A stretch of DNA of 64,000 nucleotides, from positions 53,400 through 117,399 of the forward strand of contig CAVROB010000010.1 of assembly GCA_963722725.1 (NCBI GenBank), written 5' to 3'. The translations under genes were made by a program, and so were the position numbers. Below, piece after piece: positions 36,098-46,800 of the stretch; the stretch's first letter is position 1, and the number at the start of each line of letters is the position of its first letter. Origin of the DNA: an uncultured Acidobacteriota bacterium (GTDB lineage: Bacteria; Acidobacteriota; Terriglobia; Terriglobales; Acidobacteriaceae). A model generated the notes under the pieces. That model was not told the DNA's origin and did not search any database. It saw only the letters and a list, made by a program, of their open reading frames with translations.

Positions 36098-37006
36098 TTA
36101 GGTCTTGTGGCCGCCGAATACCAACCTAAGCCCGTCGGCTTGCAGGATGCGCTGGATTTGATTGCGGGCGTGGACTGCCCAGGGGCCTGAGGTATCCAAC
36201 TTCACGTAGGCGCGCCAGTGTTTCAGAGCCTTGCGCGGTTCGCGGACCTTCTCGTAGGCCAGCGCCACGTTGTAATGCGCGTCGCCGTAGGTGGGCGCGA
36301 GTTGCAGCGCGGTGTTGTAAGCCTGGATGGCTTCGGTAACACGTCCGGTTTCATCGAGCACATTGCCGAGATCGAAATAGGCCAACGCATAGCGCGGATC
36401 GATTGAGATGGCGGCGCGGTAATGCTTCTCCGACAATGTGTAATCCTGCCGGTTGTAATGCAGCGTGCCCAGATTGATGTGTGCGGCGGCGTGGTCGGGA
36501 TCGAGTTCGAGCACTCGTTGATAAGCCGTGATCGCCTGGACCTGGGTGTTGGGATCTTCCTCGAGGGCAATGCCCTGCGCGAAAAGCCCAGCAACATCGG
36601 CTGGGATCGGTCCCGGCTTGACCAGCGGAGTTGGGCCTTTAGGACTTGCGGTGCTGGTGACTACTTTGTCTCGAGCGGAGAAGTCGAACATGAACTGGCC
36701 GGCAATGGGCTCGACCAATTTGCCTTCGTGACGGAATGCAACGCGGTTTCCGGCGCTGAAGGTGCCGGCCTCGAGCAATGGATTCTCCATTCCCGCAGCC
36801 TGTTTCTGCATGGCCTCGAGAGATTGGCGGATCACCGCGGGGCGCACTTTGGCGGCGCACAGGTCTCGAACCTTTTTGATTTGCAGCAGGTCAAAAAAGG
36901 AATAGCTCTCGGCGGCGGCAACCAGTCCGGCTTTTTCCCAACCTGCCAACTGACGCGCCGTGAGCCGAAGAATCCGGAGCAAGTCTGCTCGACTATAGCG
37001 GTACAC
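36098..37006 (-). CDS. MerR-like HTH domain fused to TPR repeats
   Basis: 302 aa. The N-terminus YSRADLLRILRLTARQLAGWEKAGLV...FFDLLQIKKVRDL is MerR-like. The C-terminus has about 4 TPR units (AHINLGTLHY..., YFDLGNVLDE..., HYNVALAYEK...). Confidence 0.65.
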   Translation of the reverse strand: MYRYSRADLLRILRLTARQLAGWEKAGLVAAAESYSFFDLLQIKKVRDLCAAKVRPAVIRQSLEAMQKQAAGMENPLLEAGTFSAGNRVAFRHEGKLVEPIAGQFMFDFSARDKVVTSTASPKGPTPLVKPGPIPADVAGLFAQGIALEEDPNTQVQAITAYQRVLELDPDHAAAHINLGTLHYNRQDYTLSEKHYRAAISIDPRYALAYFDLGNVLDETGRVTEAIQAYNTALQLAPTYGDAHYNVALAYEKVREPRKALKHWRAYVKLDTSGPWAVHARNQIQRILQADGLRLVFGGHKT

Positions 37007-37364
37007 GGTTATAGGGAACTTTCAGAATCCATTATCCGAAGTTGGACTGGTCTTGGCAAGTGGAAATAAGACTCTAACGGAACCTGAAAAGGCAACTTGC
37101 ACAGGCGATGGTGCAAAGCGGAGCGCCCGCACGTACATCCTGGGCATAAACCCTTTCGAGCAATTCTGTCACAGGCTTTTAATATTCGTGTCATCTGGCT
37201 GCAAACAGTTTGCGTTAGTCAAAGAGTATGCCAGAAATCGGCTTGCTCACGCCTGCGCAGCCCGCGTCTCCGGAGCAAAGCCCTGAAGTTGCGAGGTTAC
37301 CTTGCGACGCTGGAATTGAGGCCTTCGTGAGTTATCATGGGCTTCGTCCGCCGGAACAAGTCGC

Positions 37365-38063
37365 ATGATCGCCAGCAAACGCAAAGCCGCCCAAGATATG
37401 GAGTCCACTAAGGAAATGACAGGACTGGTCCAGCAGGCCTGCCTGGTCGCGAAAGATGCCGCGTTCAATCTGCGAGATTACCTCGAGAATTCCTCTAATA
37501 TGGCGTTTATTGCGGTGAAGGACTGCGAGAAGGAACTGGATCGCGCCGAACGCAAAATCGATGACGGAATCACTCACGCCATCACCCAGGTCAGCGAGTC
37601 GGAGGCACGCGAACTGCTGGCCTGCCTGAAATTCATTATTGATCTGGAGCGCATTGGAGACCTGACCTGGTCGGTTACTCAACGCCTGCAGCGCCTGACC
37701 CCAAAAATCCTGCGCGACGACCGCCGGGATTTAATCGCGATGGCAGACATCCTGGAAAGAATGCTGGAAGTCGTCCACAACGGTTTTGTGAATCGCGATC
37801 TGGAAGCTGCGAACTGGATATTGAAGACCGACTCGCAGATCGACCAAGTCTGTCGGGCGGTCTTTCAGCGGCACCTGGAAAGTAAAGCCAAAGACCGTCC
37901 CCGTGACTACAGCACAAATTTGCTGCTGATGGCCCAAGCCTTCGAGCGTGCCGGAGATCACACCAAGAATCTGGGTGAAGAGTTGGTTCATCTGGTGGAA
38001 GGCCGCAGTGTGCGGCACGAGCCCAAACGGCCGAGAAGTTCGCGTGCGGCGAACGAGGCGTAG
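37365..38063 (+). CDS. PhoU-family protein, not adjacent to any pst genes in this window
   Basis: 232 aa. Two repeats of the PhoU helical motif with ERIGD (LERIGDLTW) and ERAGD (FERAGDHTKNLGEE). Confidence 0.7.
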   Translation: MIASKRKAAQDMESTKEMTGLVQQACLVAKDAAFNLRDYLENSSNMAFIAVKDCEKELDRAERKIDDGITHAITQVSESEARELLACLKFIIDLERIGDLTWSVTQRLQRLTPKILRDDRRDLIAMADILERMLEVVHNGFVNRDLEAANWILKTDSQIDQVCRAVFQRHLESKAKDRPRDYSTNLLLMAQAFERAGDHTKNLGEELVHLVEGRSVRHEPKRPRSSRAANEA

Positions 38064-38094
38064 ACGTTTTCGCGACGGGCGAAGCGACCCGCGG

Positions 38095-39432
38095 TTATTT
38101 CTGGTCACCCGGTTTACACGTATTGCCCTCGGCGCTGAACCTCATCTTCTGGAAGTCGAAGGAGTAACTCTTTAATTGACCGAGGACCAGCTGTCCTATG
38201 TTGCCGTAAAACTTGTCATCCGATTGACCTCTGGGTTGGGCGATCACTGGAAGCTGGCTCAGCGAGACGCAAGCTCCGCCCACCTTTATATTCACTTTGC
38301 CAGTCAAGTAGGCAGGATAGGTTCGCACGCCGCCCGCACCGGCTAAATCGAAACTACCAATGGTTTGCGATGTGAAATCATCCTTGTGCTCAAGGTAGTA
38401 TGGCACTGTAAGAAATGCTCCGCCAGAGCCGGTGTCGATGGTGAATAACCTTTCCGCGCCTGCGATCTCGGCGGCCACAACCGGTGTCAATCTCTGCAGG
38501 AAAAGATTCTCCTCGTCGCCGGAGGTTCCAACAGCAGGGTTCGATCCCACACCGAATTGGCCATCCGCAAAGAACGTGATTCGCCCCAGCGCCGACAAAA
38601 CGGGGAAGCCTATACTGCCGGGAATGCGATAGTGCAGAGAAGGAACGATCATGTCTTTGTCGTTGATCACGATGACGGCAACATTTCGCAATCTCGCCTC
38701 GCCGAGCCGAAGTTCGGGAATCACCGCGGTGCGGATTGCCATCCTCCGTCCCGCAATCCCGTTGGACGTGGCCGATGAGTTTGAGAGCTTCAGGCCGAGC
38801 TGCTGTGCGAGGCTGAGGCTTATCGCCGAGAGATTCGCTCCGGTATCGAGGATCAGAGATTCGTGGATCCTGCCGAAGTCCACCCATACTTCTGGAAGTC
38901 CGACTTTGTCCCTGCGAGTCGGGATAGTGAACGGTTGATTCACCTCAACGGACTGCGGTGGCGATCCTCGCAACAAACTCCACCGCGCAGCTTCTCTGCT
39001 CACTCTGCGTCGCTCGTTCTCGTCCATCAACAACCCAAAACGTCTTTCCAGTTCCGAGTAGGCGTTCGCCGCGTCCGAGTAACGGAAGGACTTTTCGTAA
39101 TCATCCGCCAATGTGCTCAGGGTGATGACTCCGCGCTCCTTGTCAACGGCGGACAAGGACTGTGCAAGCGGTTCCAGCATCTTGATGGAATCGGCAACCC
39201 GATTACGACGGTTTGCCATGACGCCTTCAAAGAACGTGCGATCCGAAACCGACAGATTCGATTTCGATGACAGGGCGGCGTTCAATTCTAGATAACGTCG
39301 ATCACGTAAAAGTTGATTGAGGTCGGTCGTTCCGGATTGGCTCACCGCGTCCTTGGACTGCGGCGACGAAGACCACGCAAGGACCGCAAGAGCGCACGAT
39401 ACGATGGCCGCAATGAACGAGAGACAACGCAT
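38095..39432 (-). CDS. Secreted retropepsin-like aspartyl protease family protein (two pseudo-halves)
   Basis: 445 aa. Signal peptide. Two D-T-G motifs (LILDTGANLS and FTIDTGSGGA). Confidence 0.6.
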   Translation of the reverse strand: MRCLSFIAAIVSCALAVLAWSSSPQSKDAVSQSGTTDLNQLLRDRRYLELNAALSSKSNLSVSDRTFFEGVMANRRNRVADSIKMLEPLAQSLSAVDKERGVITLSTLADDYEKSFRYSDAANAYSELERRFGLLMDENERRRVSREAARWSLLRGSPPQSVEVNQPFTIPTRRDKVGLPEVWVDFGRIHESLILDTGANLSAISLSLAQQLGLKLSNSSATSNGIAGRRMAIRTAVIPELRLGEARLRNVAVIVINDKDMIVPSLHYRIPGSIGFPVLSALGRITFFADGQFGVGSNPAVGTSGDEENLFLQRLTPVVAAEIAGAERLFTIDTGSGGAFLTVPYYLEHKDDFTSQTIGSFDLAGAGGVRTYPAYLTGKVNIKVGGACVSLSQLPVIAQPRGQSDDKFYGNIGQLVLGQLKSYSFDFQKMRFSAEGNTCKPGDQK

Positions 39433-39532
39433 TTCTTTCGGACTACTTCGAAAGTAGATTGAAACTCATGTATCCACTCATTGGATGCGCCAGACTGACT
39501 CTAGAAACACAGAATCAGCTCTTGTTCACGGT

Positions 39533-42500
39533 CTAAGGCTGCAGGGGCTCGCCTGCCACCACCCCGGACAGCTTGTGCTCGGGCATGGCCCGGTTGAATG
39601 TCGCGACGTCGGTCTCAAGGAACAGATTGAATTTCTGGATCGCCGACTGGTACTGGGGTTCGAGGAGTTGCCTCTGCTCCAGGACGGCGGCGCTCGGAGC
39701 TTCATCCGATCCTTCCAAGAGCCCGTCCATCGCTGCCAGATGCTCGCGAATTTTGTTAGGCGCCCGCAAGACCGACTCGGCAGCTCCGGCGTTGCTCGTG
39801 ATCAGCGCTTGCACAGCCTTTATCTGCTTCTCGAGAACATCAATGGCAGTTTTGACTTCCTTTTCGTCAACGGCGCCTTTCACGACCACTTGCAATGCTT
39901 TCAATTGTGCCTCCATTGCGTCCATGCGGTTCAGCGCTACGTCGAGCTGCGACAATTCATGCAACACCGCTTGCGTAGTTTGATAAAGCGTTTCCATGGC
40001 GGCTGGGTCGGCGTGCGAACGCGGGTCGTTAACCACCACGATTTTCTGCGATGTGGTCTGACCGGCAACCGTCATGGTCGCTGTGTACTCGCCGGGAGGA
40101 ACGAGAGCGCCCGATTTCGGCCCTTTATTAAAGTCCTTGGCGCTCTCCCAACGCACGGGCCCGTCGGCACGCAGATCCCAGTAGAGGCGCTGCAAACCAG
40201 GCTTGGTTGGGACCCAGGGGAATTTTTTTGGCTGTCCGGGTTCAGCTTCTTCCTCCTCGGCAGTCTTTGCGGGAGCGACCTGCTGTTGAGTTTGCGATGG
40301 CGTGGCGGGCGTCGCCGGTTTCACTTCCTGCTGCTCTGGCCGTTGGGCCTTCTGGGTTTCCTCTGGCAGAGGGATGTCTTCATCCGCAGGCGGTGTTTCG
40401 TCTTGATCCAGTTCCCGCGTTCCCTTCATGGTCCTCACGGCGCGGCCTTGCGAGTCAGTAATCACGAGTTGGCCGGGATCTTTGACTTCGCGAGTAAGGA
40501 AGTAACTGAGCTGCGCTCCGTATGTCGGATTCTTTCCGTAGAACGCGCCGTCTCCCAAAGCCTCCACCTGCGACCAGGGCCAGAAACGCAAAGCTGAAGG
40601 CGGCGGGAAGAGATGCACAGGCGCCTGCCCGACTTGAGGAGTGAATTGTTGGAATGGCGTTAGATCATCGAGAATCCAAATTGAACGGCCGTGCGTCCCG
40701 GCGACCAGATCGTTGTCGCGCTGGTGCAACTCCAGATCGTAAACCGATGCGTTCGGTAAACCGAGCCCGAACAGGTACCAATGCACGCCTTCGTCCCACG
40801 AAACATAGAGCCCGTTTTCCAGGCCCGCGTAGTACATCCGCGGATTCTGCCGGTCGCGTTTCGCGACATGCGCATAGACTTGTGGCAGATCGCCGCTGAT
40901 GGATTGCCAGGTCGCACCGTAGTCGGACGTGCGATAGAGATAAGGTTTGAAGTCGCCGCTGAAGTGGCGATCCACGGTGATCAGCACCTCGCCTGGGTTT
41001 TCGGGCGACAGATCAATGGACTCAACACGCCCCCATTGAGGCAATCCGGGAATGTGTGGGGTAATGTTCGTCCAGGTGGCCCCACCATCGCGCGTAAATT
41101 GCACTTGACCATCGTCGGTGCCAATCCAAATCACGTTGGGATCTTTTTCCGACGGCGTGATTCGAATAATTGCGTCGTAAACCTCCGCGCCCGAATTATC
41201 CTTCAGCACAGGTCCGCCTGAGGATTGTTGCTTGGCCTTGTCGTTCAGCGTGAGGTCCGGGCTGATGGGCTTCCAAGAGCGTCCGCGATCTTCGCTCTTG
41301 AAAACCACGTTCCCACCGGCATAAAGAACCGTGGGATTCTGAGGGGAAACCGCAAATCCCGCGTTCCACGCGAAGCGGTAAGGAAAATCGGCAACGCCGC
41401 CGCCGACGAAATCCCGCGGATAAGGCTCGATATCGTGAACCTGCTCCGCCGCGCGATCGAAGATCATGAACACGGCGTTCTGCGTGCTGTTGTAAATCAA
41501 GTTTGAATTATCGGGGGCTGGAATGGCGTATATGCCATCACCGCCGTTGAGGTCGAACCAGTCCCGGTCGAGAATTCCGGAGTTGTCCTTGGTGCGACTT
41601 GGACCGCACCAACTGCTGTTGTCCTGCAGTCCGCCGCAAACCAGGTAAGGCCGCTCATCGCCCGTGCCCACGTGATAGAACTGCCCAATCGCAATGTTGT
41701 GGAGGAAAGCCCAATGTGCGCCATTATCGCGCGATAGGATTACTCCGCCGTCGTTGCCCTCAATGATGCGACCACTGCCGGTCGGATCGATCCAGATGGC
41801 GTGGTGGTCCACGTGTACCTGTTTGGCGGTGATACTGAAATTTTGTCCGCCATCCTTCGATTCCATCATGTTGTTGGACAAGGCCAGAATGTGATCCGCA
41901 TTTCGTGGATCTATCGCGATGTGCGAGAAATAAAAGGGACGAACGTCAACTTCTTCGTCTTTGCTGACCACGCTCCAGTGATCGCCGGAATCGTCCGAAC
42001 GCCATAACACGCCCTCGGTCGAGCCCATGACTGCGTAGACGACGTTCGGCGAACTCGCAGCGATGGCCAGGCCGATGCGGCCTACGTTTCCTTTGGGTAG
42101 GCCGTGGGCGGCTGAGGCGCTTCCAAGTCTCGCCCTGATCGACAGACTTATAGATCGCGTCCTCGGGTCCGCCATCGGAGTAATTCCAGGGCGTGCGACG
42201 AAAGCGGTAGGCCGCAGCAAACAGCACCTGCGGGTTTTGCGGATCCATAGCCAAGTCCGCAACACCAACGCTGGGCCCGACGTAGAGCACTTTTTTCCAA
42301 GTAACGCCTCCATCAATCGTGCGGAACACGCCGCGCTCTTCGTTGTCGGCCCAGGGGCTGCCCATCGCGGCCACGATCACGGTGTTGGGATGATGAGGAT
42401 CAATCACGATGCGCGAGATCTGGAAGCTGGCTTCCAATCCCATACGCTTCCAATGCGCGCCGCCATCGGTCGATTTGTAAATGCCGTCGCCGAAAGAAAC

Positions 42501-43022
42501 ATTGTTGCGAACGTTGGCCTCGCCCGTTCCTGCCCAAACAATCTCTGGATTCGTGGGATCGAGCGCGAGTGCGCCAATTGAGGCTACGCTCTCGTGTTGA
42601 AACAACGCTTTCCAACTGATGCCGCCGTCATTGGTGCGGAACACGCCGCCATCGGCCGCGCCTACGTAATAAGTGTCGTTGTCGCCGGGTACGCCGGCTA
42701 CGGCGCTGACCCGTCCTCCGGAGATCGCCGGACCAATCTCGCGAAAACTGACGCTCTTGCGCACTTCCATGGGCAATCGGGTTCGGCCTTCGTCGTCGGC
42801 TCTCTGCGGACCGGCTTGGTCGGCGAGCGATGATTCTGACGGAGTTCCCGCTGCGTCCTTGGCCGGTTCGTGCTTGCTGGTCGCTTGCTTCGCGGCTGGA
42901 TGAGCTTCACCCGAGCGTCGTGTAGTCGTCGGAGCATTCTGTTGCGCGAGACTATTTACTGGTGAAAGACAGAAAAGAAGACAGGCAGCCAACACGGGCC
43001 AGACGCGATAGCATGAGTTCAT
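39533..43022 (-). pseudogene. Giant secreted Asp-box (BNR)/sortilin-VPS10-like beta-propeller protein, reading frame broken near 42095-42135
   Basis: Track ORFs 41946..43256 and 39533..42316 overlap. Sensible sequence switches frame at ...YKSVDQGETWKRLS | AAHGLPKGNVGRIGLAIAASSPNVVYAV.... There are at least 10 S-x-D-x-G-x-(T/S/H)-W boxes across both parts. Signal peptide MNSCYRVWPVLAACLLFCLSPVNSLA from the ATG at 43022. Confidence 0.7.
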
Positions 43023-43206
43023 AGTTTTGTCCGGAGCAAGATGCACAGCGAAACCAGTAGGGTAGCACGCAGTCTCCGGCTGTGGGTAACCCGGTCTCTC
43101 TCTACAAACTTTTACTTTCGTTGACTGTCTTTTACGCTGGGCGGGGGCGCAACAATGCTCCAATAGAGCCAGACCGGCGAAGCTCACCTGACTTGGAGGA
43201 ATTCCG

Positions 43207-43875
43207 ATGAATTGGACTCTCATTTCGTTTTGGCTGCTCGTTTCAGCATTGTGCATTGCGCAGACTACGCCGGCGAGTCCGTCCTCCGAAGATCAGAGTC
43301 CTCCATCGGCACAAGACGGACACCGAAATGGCCAACGGCCTCACGGCATTGCGGGAACTATTACCGCGATCGATGCACACTCGATCACCCTCAAGACTCG
43401 CGACGGTCAGACTGCGCAAGTGGCACTTGACGACAAGACGCAATACCGCAAGGGCCGTGAAGCTGCGGCCCTCGGTGATTTCAAGGTGGGCGATATGGTT
43501 TTTGTTCGCGGAGAGAAAACCAGCGAGAACGCCTGGCAAGCGGCGGTTGTCGGCAGTCGAGGCCAGAACGACGGATCTGGAGGCAACTTTGCGGAAGGCA
43601 TGGGCAAGCGCTTTATCGCTGGCGAAATCAAGTCCATCGACGGAACCCAGTTGACCATCCAGAGACCGGACGGCGTTACACAGAAGATTTCCGTCGACGA
43701 GGATACTTCCTTTCGTAAGAATGGAGAGAGCATCACGCTCGCCGACTTAAAACCTGGGGACCACGTGTCTGGCCGTGGCGAACTCAAGAATGATGTGTTC
43801 GTGCCCGCTGTCCTGAATGTCGGGCAGCCGAAATTCGGAATGCAAGGACAGAATGAAGCGCCTGCGCCTCGTTGA
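43207..43875 (+). CDS. Secreted protein with two DUF5666-like repeats
   Basis: 222 aa. Signal peptide. Internal duplication: GTITAIDAHSITLKTRDGQTAQVALDDKTQYRKG and GEIKSIDGTQLTIQRPDGVTQKISVDEDTSFRKNG. The stop overlaps the next ORF start (TTGA). Confidence 0.6.
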   Translation: MNWTLISFWLLVSALCIAQTTPASPSSEDQSPPSAQDGHRNGQRPHGIAGTITAIDAHSITLKTRDGQTAQVALDDKTQYRKGREAAALGDFKVGDMVFVRGEKTSENAWQAAVVGSRGQNDGSGGNFAEGMGKRFIAGEIKSIDGTQLTIQRPDGVTQKISVDEDTSFRKNGESITLADLKPGDHVSGRGELKNDVFVPAVLNVGQPKFGMQGQNEAPAPR

Positions 43876-46800
43876 CGATAGTCAAGATAGTCGGCGGTGC
43901 CCTTAAGGCCTACGTGCAGATTGGAACTCAGTCAAGGGTTAAGCGGCATCGGCTGGCGAGAGAGCGCGCGCTCTTTCTTTGTCTGGCGACGGTGGTCTAT
44001 TGCCCCTGTCTTGCAGCTCAAAGTCCGCAAGCTCAGGGAGGGATCATTCATGGCATCGTGAAATCGGGAAACATGCCGCTTCCGGGCGCGACTGTTACCG
44101 CTGCGAATACGCTTACGGGTCAAAAGGTAACGACTTCGACAGATGTGGACGGTAGTTATTCTGTGCAAGTCCCGTCCGACGGTCGTTATGTTGTTCGTGC
44201 TCAAATGGCGGCGTTTGCCCCGGTTACGCAGGAAGTGCGAGTCAACGACGCCAACCGCAACCTCGAAGCAAATCTCGAACTGATTCTGCTCTCCCGCGTA
44301 CCGAAGGCAGAGCCAGCGAACCCCACCGCGTCTGCCCAGGCGGCGGCAACCGGTGCGGGACGTGGATTCCAGAACCTTACGTTGGAACAGAGCGCCGAAG
44401 GCCGTGAATTGAATGGCAATGGCGCAAGCGACATCGTGCCGCAGGGTATGCCGGTGCCCGGGATCGCTCCCGATAGCGCCACTGAATCTGTCGCCATCTC
44501 GGGTAATAGTTCCAGCCCGTTCGCAACAATGAGCAGCGCCGAAATGCAACAGCGGTTTAATGACTCTCGTCAGCAGGGCGGAGGTTTCGGCGGTGGAGGA
44601 TTTGGCGGACCGGGCGGATTTGGCGGTGGAGGCGGCGGGTTCGGCGGGGGAGCCGCGCTTTTTGGCAGACGAGGCTTTGACATCAACAAGCCTCACGGCT
44701 CGATCTATTACGGAATCGGCGATTCTGCTCTCAACGCCGCTCCTTACTCACTGACTGGGCAACCCGTAATCAAACCCGCTTATGAACAGAACAGCTTTGG
44801 CGGATCCATTGGCGGGCCGCTAAATATTCCAAAGATCTACCATGGCGGAGACAAGACTTTCTTTTTCGTCAACTACAACGGAAAACGCGGCGAGAATCCC
44901 TTCGATCAGTTTTCAACCGTGCCGACTTTGCTCGAACGCCAAGGGAATTTTTCCCAAACCCTATATACCTCGGGTTCGAATGCTGGGCAACCGGTGCAGA
45001 TTTTTAATCCCGCCACCGGCACACAATTCGCAAACAATACGATTCCGCAGATTAATCCCGTTGCCGCCGGGTTATTGCCATATATTCCGATGCCCAACCT
45101 GCCGGGCAATTACCAGAATTTCCATTTCATCACTTCCGCCAACAGTAGCAGCGACGACCTGAACATCCGCATCAATCATAGTTTCGGCGCGGCCTTGCGC
45201 GGTCGCCGTCAAGGCGGCGGGCGTCGAGGCCCACAGAATAATCTCACCTTTGGCTTTCACTACCATGGATCGAGCGCAGAGCTAACCAATCCTTTCCCCA
45301 GCGTAGGCGGGCACACCGACGTTCGCAGTTTCGATATACCAATATCCTACGTTCGAAGCTTCGGAAAGTTGACCAACGTCGCCCGCTTTGATTTCAACCG
45401 AAGCCGTACGCGTACGCAGAACCTCTACGCATTTGTGAACAACATTACAGGAGCTGTGGGAATTGATGGAGTCTCGACGAATCCTTTCGATTGGGGCCTT
45501 CCCAGTCTATCGTTCACCAATTTCGGCGGTTTGCAGGACGTCAATCCAGCTCTTCTGCGAGACCAGACTTTTACCTACTCCGACAACATGATTTGGACTC
45601 ACGGGAAGCACACTTGGCGCTGGGGTGGGGATTTCCGCCGGATTCAGCTCAACACGGAAACCGACAGCAACGCGCGCGGCAGTTTCATTTTTACTGGATT
45701 GAATACGTCGCAGATCTTGAATGGTCAACCCGTCAACGGGACCGGTTTTGACTTCGCTGATTTTTTGCTCGGCCTGCCGCAGCAGACCTCCGCGCAGTTT
45801 GGCGAGAACAATTATCACTTCCGGGGAAATTCGTGGGACCTGTACGCGCAAGACGAGTGGAAGATGCGCGGCAATCTCACGCTGAATCTGGGAGTACGCT
45901 ACGAGTATGTCTCTCCCTACACCGAAATCAACAATCGCATCGTGAACCTTGATCTGTCGCCTGGAGTGTTGAGCCTCACGGCTGGGCCTCCAGCCGTAGC
46001 CGTCGTATTGCCCGGCCAAATCGGGCCTTACAACGGACTTTACCCCGTCACGCTGGTGCGGCCAGACCGCAACAACTTCGCACCGCGTGTTGGTTTCGCC
46101 TGGAAACCCTTTTCCAAAACCGTAGTGCGCGGCGGCTACGGCATCAACTACAACACTGGCGCGTACCAGACTATCGTGCAACAACTCGCGTTCCAGCCGC
46201 CATTTTCTTTTGCTGAGACCAACGTACAGTCGAGCCCCGGACAGCTCACCTTGCAGAATGGTTTCCCAACCTCCCAATCCGCGGGAATCACCAATAACTA
46301 CGCGGTGAATCCAAACTACCGCCTGGGCTACGTCCAGATCAGAAACCTGGACATCCAGCAGCAAATCAAGCCCACGCTGCTATTAAATATCGACTACACC
46401 GGAACCAAGGGAACAGATCTCGACGTTCTCGAAGCGCCGAATCGTACTGCAACGGGCATTCGGATTCCGGGGGTGCAGGCCTTCAATTACCAAAACTCGG
46501 TTGCCGACTCCGAAGCCAACGCCGGTTCGGTGCGCCTCCGCAAACGACTGGCTCACGAATTCTCAGTTGGGGGAACGTATACGTTCTCCAAATCACTCGA
46601 TGACGCGTCCACGATTGGAGCGGGGGCAACTTCGGGGTCGGGCTCCTCCGGTCTCGGCGCCGGAGGCACTGCCGCCGGAAGCGGCGCCAGCAGCGGAACG
46701 TCGAGCGCCGGCATGACTAACGTTGCGCAGAACGCATTTGATCTCTCCGCCGAACGCGGTCTTTCCAGCTTCAATCAGACTCAACGTTTTACCGCGGACT

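Noticed and set aside
39485-40597. 370-aa + strand ORF
   Set aside because: It is antisense to the Asp-box exoprotein gene. The sequence is Leu/Arg-rich with no motifs.
43932-46364. Minus-strand ORFs of 254 aa (43932..44696) and 285 aa (45507..46364)
   Set aside because: Both are antisense to the TonB-dependent-like barrel gene and are shadow ORFs.
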